The position numbers and the translations under genes were made by a program. Positions 60,581 to 64,000 of a stretch of 64,000 bases of DNA are shown one piece after another. The stretch is from positions 487 through 64,486 of the forward strand of contig JAPLME010000007.1 of NCBI GenBank assembly GCA_026387175.1, read 5' to 3'. Positions within the stretch are counted from its first letter, which is position 1, and the number at the start of each line of letters is the position of its first letter. The DNA comes from Candidatus Omnitrophota bacterium. Lineage in GTDB: Bacteria; Omnitrophota; Gorgyraeia; 2-01-FULL-45-10. Below the pieces are notes generated by a model. It did no database searches. It was not told where the DNA came from and saw only the letters and a program-made list of their open reading frames with translations.

Positions 60581-61186
60581 TTATTCTTTCGGTTTCATAA
60601 TGAGCCAGGCTATACTTAAGATGCATATCAGGAGATATCCGTACATAGTCTGCCATAGTCCATTTTCGATTGCGATCTGGACGGGAAGCTTGGAAAGATC
60701 CGTCGACATTAATTTGTATAGCCCGCCAATACCTATGGCTCCTCCAATAAGGGCTGTCGCTATAGCCGATACTTTATATTTAAAGCCTATTACGGCCAGG
60801 ATAATGCATACTATCGCAAATAACGGCAGAAGATAAACCAGCATGCTCTTCTTATCCAGGTCCTTGGCATCTTTGAAGAGTATCTGCGCAAGCTGAATGG
60901 CTATATTTGAAGATTTCTTGTTTATCAGGGTCGGAATATCATAACCGCTTACTGTGGTCTTCACCTCTATGTCACCGAGATTACCTATGGCATTCGTTGC
61001 CTTGTCGAATTCTTTGACAAACTTCCCGGCAAAAGACGTATTCTGGAGCTTGCCGCTTGCGGAATCTGCCAGATTCTTCGCTACTTTAGTCGCATTAACC
61101 GACGCCCTGGCCCAAGGCATGAAAAATGAAACTATTATGATAGCCGCGCACGCAACGATCGAACCTGCGAATACTATTTTTTTCAT
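60581..61186 (-). CDS. Hypothetical membrane protein (N- and C-terminal TM helices)
   Basis: RBS gggagg. Hydrophobic termini. No recognisable motif. Confidence 0.4.
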   Translation of the reverse strand: MKKIVFAGSIVACAAIIIVSFFMPWARASVNATKVAKNLADSASGKLQNTSFAGKFVKEFDKATNAIGNLGDIEVKTTVSGYDIPTLINKKSSNIAIQLAQILFKDAKDLDKKSMLVYLLPLFAIVCIILAVIGFKYKVSAIATALIGGAIGIGGLYKLMSTDLSKLPVQIAIENGLWQTMYGYLLICILSIAWLIMKPKE

Positions 61187-61223
61187 CTTTTTCCTCCCGT
61201 TTATTATCTTTTAACGCCGATTT

Positions 61224-62984
61224 TCATTCCTTAAATTTTTTAGGGAATTGTTTTACAAGACCATCCACCAACATACCTGAAAACATTACCATGTGGGCAC
61301 GGTCTTTTTCGTAATAGTCCAAGTCCTTTATCCCATCTTTTGTAAGTATAGCTTCGATATCGCTCCAGGTAAGATCCAAGTGCTTATATAACAGATCTGT
61401 CAAATCTTTCTTGGTCTGGTTATGCGGGATGGAGAAGAAACCCGCCAAGCCGCGCGCATTCTCATACCATTCTTTCTTGGCCCGTTCCAGCGCTTCTTCT
61501 TTGGACTTCTTGGCCCGTTCCAGCGCTTCTTTCCTGGCCTTCTCAGTCATCTCCATGGCCATTTCCTTGGCCTTCTTAATCAGATCCATGGCCATTTCCT
61601 TGGCCTTCTTAATCAGATCCATGGCCATTTCCTTGGCCTTCTCATTCAGATCCAGGGCCTCTTTATTGCCTTTCTCAGTTAGATCCAGGGTTTTTTTATT
61701 GCTTTTCTCAGTCAGATCCAGGGCTTTTTCCTTGGCCTTCTCAGTCAGTCCCAGGGCTTTTTCCTTGGCCTTCTCAGTAGTTTCTTTATTGCCTTTTTCA
61801 GTCAGTCCCAGGGCTTTTTCCTTGGCCTTCTCACTCAGTCCCAGGGCTTTTTCCTTGGCCTTCTCAGTCATATCCAGGGCTTCTTTATTGCCTTTCTCAC
61901 TCAGATCCAGGGCTTTTTCCTTGGCCTTCTCAGTCATATCCAGGGCTTTTTCCTTGGCCTTCTCAGTCAGTCCCAGGGCTTCTCCTTTGGCCTTCTCAGT
62001 CATATCCAGGGCTTTTTCCTTGGCCTTCTCATTCAGATCCAGGGCTTCTTTATCGCTTTTTTCAGTCAGTCCCAGAGCTTCTTCCTTGGCCTTCTCAGTC
62101 ATATCCAGGGCTTTTTCCTTAGCCTTTTCAGTCAGTCCAAGAGCTTCTTCTTTGGCCTTCTCAGTCATATCCAGGGCTTCTTTATCGCCTTTTTCAGTCA
62201 GTCCCAGGGCTTTTTCCTTGGCCTTCTCATTCAGATCCAGGGCTTCTTCCTTGGCCTTCTCAGTCAGACCAAGAGCTTCTTCCTTGGCCTTCTCAGTTAG
62301 TCCCAGAGCTTCTTTATTGCCTTTCTCAGTCAGACCAAGAGCTTCTCCTTTGGCCTTCTCAGTTAGTCCCAGGGCTTCTCCTTTGGCCTTCTCAGTCAGA
62401 CCAAGAGCTTCTCCTTTGGCCTTCTCAGTTAGTCCCAGGGCTTCTCCTTTGGCCTTCTCATCTCCTTTGGCCTTCTCAGTCAGACCAAGAGCTTCTCCTT
62501 TGGCCTTCTCAGTTAGTCCCAGGGCTTCTCCTTTGGCCTTCTCAGTCAGACCAAGAGCTTCTTCTTTGGCCTTCTTAATCAGATCCAGAGCCTCTTCCTT
62601 GCCTGCCTTGACGGCTTTAATAACTTTTTCAGTAAGCTTCACATCATTTTTAAGATAACCGGTCAAAATGGCACTTGCCCAACCTCCGTAATATGGCTTA
62701 ATTGTGTCTCCGAGATTACTCGCATTCTTAAGGAGTTTATCTCTGGCCTGATCCGTATCTGTCGAATCATTCATTTCGCTTACAATGTAAGCTCGTGATA
62801 AAGTTGCGCGTGACTCCCATAGCGTTCTCATGGATGATCTTAACTCAGCTTCCGACTTAGACATGATCTTAGCCGTCACTTCTTTATCCGCTACTTTAAT
62901 CTTCACGTCTTCAGCGCGTAGAAAGTCTCTTATGGCTACCGCGCAAAGTAAAGATAAAATTAGTATTAGAAATATCTTTTTCAT
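61224..62984 (-). CDS. Secreted protein composed of about 35 tandem 11-residue repeats (EALGLTEKAKG / KALDMTEKAKE), flanked by unique N- and C-terminal domains
   Basis: Signal peptide. The 11-mer periodicity is obvious in the translation and as 33-bp DNA repeats. Confidence 0.6.
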   Translation of the reverse strand: MKKIFLILILSLLCAVAIRDFLRAEDVKIKVADKEVTAKIMSKSEAELRSSMRTLWESRATLSRAYIVSEMNDSTDTDQARDKLLKNASNLGDTIKPYYGGWASAILTGYLKNDVKLTEKVIKAVKAGKEEALDLIKKAKEEALGLTEKAKGEALGLTEKAKGEALGLTEKAKGDEKAKGEALGLTEKAKGEALGLTEKAKGEALGLTEKAKGEALGLTEKGNKEALGLTEKAKEEALGLTEKAKEEALDLNEKAKEKALGLTEKGDKEALDMTEKAKEEALGLTEKAKEKALDMTEKAKEEALGLTEKSDKEALDLNEKAKEKALDMTEKAKGEALGLTEKAKEKALDMTEKAKEKALDLSEKGNKEALDMTEKAKEKALGLSEKAKEKALGLTEKGNKETTEKAKEKALGLTEKAKEKALDLTEKSNKKTLDLTEKGNKEALDLNEKAKEMAMDLIKKAKEMAMDLIKKAKEMAMEMTEKARKEALERAKKSKEEALERAKKEWYENARGLAGFFSIPHNQTKKDLTDLLYKHLDLTWSDIEAILTKDGIKDLDYYEKDRAHMVMFSGMLVDGLVKQFPKKFKE

Positions 62985-62997
62985 ATGTAGCTGGGAT

Positions 62998-63384
62998 TTA
63001 TCTTAATTTTGATTCTCTCTTCGCATCTCCTTGCTTCGAATGCGTCTCTCTCTGTAGCTTTTCGCAAAATGTGATCTCCTTGGTAACGTCAATGGCGTAC
63101 TTATTTCCGAGCTCTTTCAGCGTGAAGATGGCGCTTTCCAGATACGATTCCGCGGTGGCATAAAACTCCGCTGCCCTCTGAGGTTGGTGCACGCCGTCAC
63201 CATTCTCAATCCATGGTATGGCTTTTTTATAAAGCTCATTTGCTTCGCCAAGTTTTGGGTTATCGGTTAATTCTTGTTGATATTTCTGCCTCCACGCAAA
63301 ACAGTCTGCGGGATTTATCGAGCTGACAACTAGCATCGCCAGCATTATCAGGCTGCAAATTCCGATATATTTTTTCATTTTCAT
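62998..63384 (-). CDS. Hypothetical secreted protein
   Basis: AGGAGG RBS before MKMKKY. The ORF-track start at 63435 lies upstream of the RBS. Signal peptide. Confidence 0.4.
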   Translation of the reverse strand: MKMKKYIGICSLIMLAMLVVSSINPADCFAWRQKYQQELTDNPKLGEANELYKKAIPWIENGDGVHQPQRAAEFYATAESYLESAIFTLKELGNKYAIDVTKEITFCEKLQRETHSKQGDAKRESKLR

Positions 63385-63418
63385 CCTCCTTTTTTTCATG
63401 AACTTTAGCCGATTAAAG

Positions 63419-63586
63419 CTATTTCTTCTTGCCAAGTAGAAAATAGAGAACCATGCCGATAACAGGTAAAACGATTATCAGAATGAGCCATAATGCTTTA
63501 TTGCCTGTATCCGCAGAGCTTTTCAGGATATCGACAATGGCAATAATATCCAGAACCAAAACTATAAGCGCAACTATTCCTGTCAT
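63419..63586 (-). CDS. Small membrane protein, PLDc_N-like (cardiolipin-synthase N-terminal-domain-like), 55 aa
   Basis: Not in the ORF track because it is under 60 aa. GGAGGAGGA RBS. Sequence MTGIVALIVLVLDIIAIVDILKS...ALWLILIIVLPVIGMVLYFLLGKKK fits the PLDc_N pattern. Confidence 0.45.
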   Translation of the reverse strand: MTGIVALIVLVLDIIAIVDILKSSADTGNKALWLILIIVLPVIGMVLYFLLGKKK

Positions 63587-63661
63587 ACATCCTCCTCCTC
63601 TTTAATTATATTACAGTTCCGCTGCTATTTCAATAAGTGCGGATTGACGTAATATATTTTT

Positions 63662-64000
63662 TCATTCGGTTTTTTCCGGGCCTTCATCCTCCGCTGCGTA
63701 TCCGGGCGGCGTCTTATGCCACTTGTACCCGTTCACCGCGTCATCATATCCGCGCTTGAAGAGCCTCTGCATTTCTTGTTTATCGAATAACTCTTTCGGA
63801 TGAGGTTTAAAATCGGCTGGAATATATGCTAAATTAAAATCCAGGCCTCTTCTTTTAGCAGTGGCATAGAGCCTGTAAATATCTCCGTTATTTGCGGCTG
63901 CCACCACCGTGTCAAGAGAACGTATGCTTATATCTACCAGGCTGTCTTTTACCTGTTGCCTGTTCGGCGACATATAAGAATTACTTAAAACATAGATTTG
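63662..64000 (-). CDS. Hypothetical protein, 3' portion
   Basis: The frame is open from 63973 to the window edge with no stop upstream of the listed Met. No family assignment I can support. Confidence 0.35.
   Translation of the reverse strand, partial: QIYVLSNSYMSPNRQQVKDSLVDISIRSLDTVVAAANNGDIYRLYATAKRRGLDFNLAYIPADFKPHPKELFDKQEMQRLFKRGYDDAVNGYKWHKTPPGYAAEDEGPEKTE

Noticed and set aside
61411-62658. 415-aa + strand ORF (and the 61422..61682 ORF) lying antisense inside the 11-mer repeat gene
   Set aside because: Low-complexity Ser/Ala/Phe/Leu translation produced by the reverse complement of the tandem repeats. No RBS or start context. The sense-strand gene has a signal peptide and coherent domains.
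1-64000. Search for tRNA, rRNA, IS or transposase and CRISPR elements
   Set aside because: No cloverleaf-compatible GTTCGA/GTTCAA T-arm contexts outside coding regions. No rRNA-like conserved blocks. No inverted-repeat-flanked transposase ORFs. No repeat-spacer arrays were seen.

Overview
This is a 64 kb window at about 50% GC from what looks like an uncultivated, probably anaerobic, diderm bacterium. The diderm call rests on lpxA, a classical autotransporter and outer-membrane beta-barrels. The anaerobe call rests on an iron-sulfur flavoprotein (Isf), HypA, radical SAM enzymes and an archaeal-type GltB-like protein. I found no rRNA, tRNA, CRISPR array, IS element or transposase.

The window splits into two halves:
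- **Positions 1-28.5 kb (almost all + strand): envelope and accessory genes.** It holds an autotransporter, an esterase lipoprotein, an outer-membrane barrel, lpxA, a Wzx-type flippase, a thermonuclease, two paralogous secreted glycine-zipper proteins, and a tandem pair of giant secreted GLUG-type beta-solenoid repeat proteins.
- **The giant GLUG-repeat pair.** Both genes sit behind a promoter plus a terminated structured leader RNA. The second gene is interrupted by a single in-frame TAG.
- **A small cassette of three DNA-binding proteins follows the giant genes.** One is a free-standing LAGLIDADG endonuclease-like protein with an N-terminal HTH.
- **Positions 28.7-64 kb (almost all - strand): a housekeeping block.** It is dominated by nucleotide biosynthesis: purQ, a PurS-PurS-PurL fusion, guaA, purF, carA, a split carB in two separated halves, and pyrG. 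It also carries glgC, mnmG, Dus, a PiT/DUF47 phosphate module and a site-2 protease.
- **The two most unusual loci in the housekeeping block.** One is a ParA/MinD-type ATPase fused to a CBM48/AMPK-beta-like glycogen-binding domain, next to a single-domain CheY receiver. The other is a secreted protein built from about 35 tandem 11-residue repeats.

Strong sigma-70-like promoters of the form TTGACA-N16/17-TATACT recur in front of selected genes.
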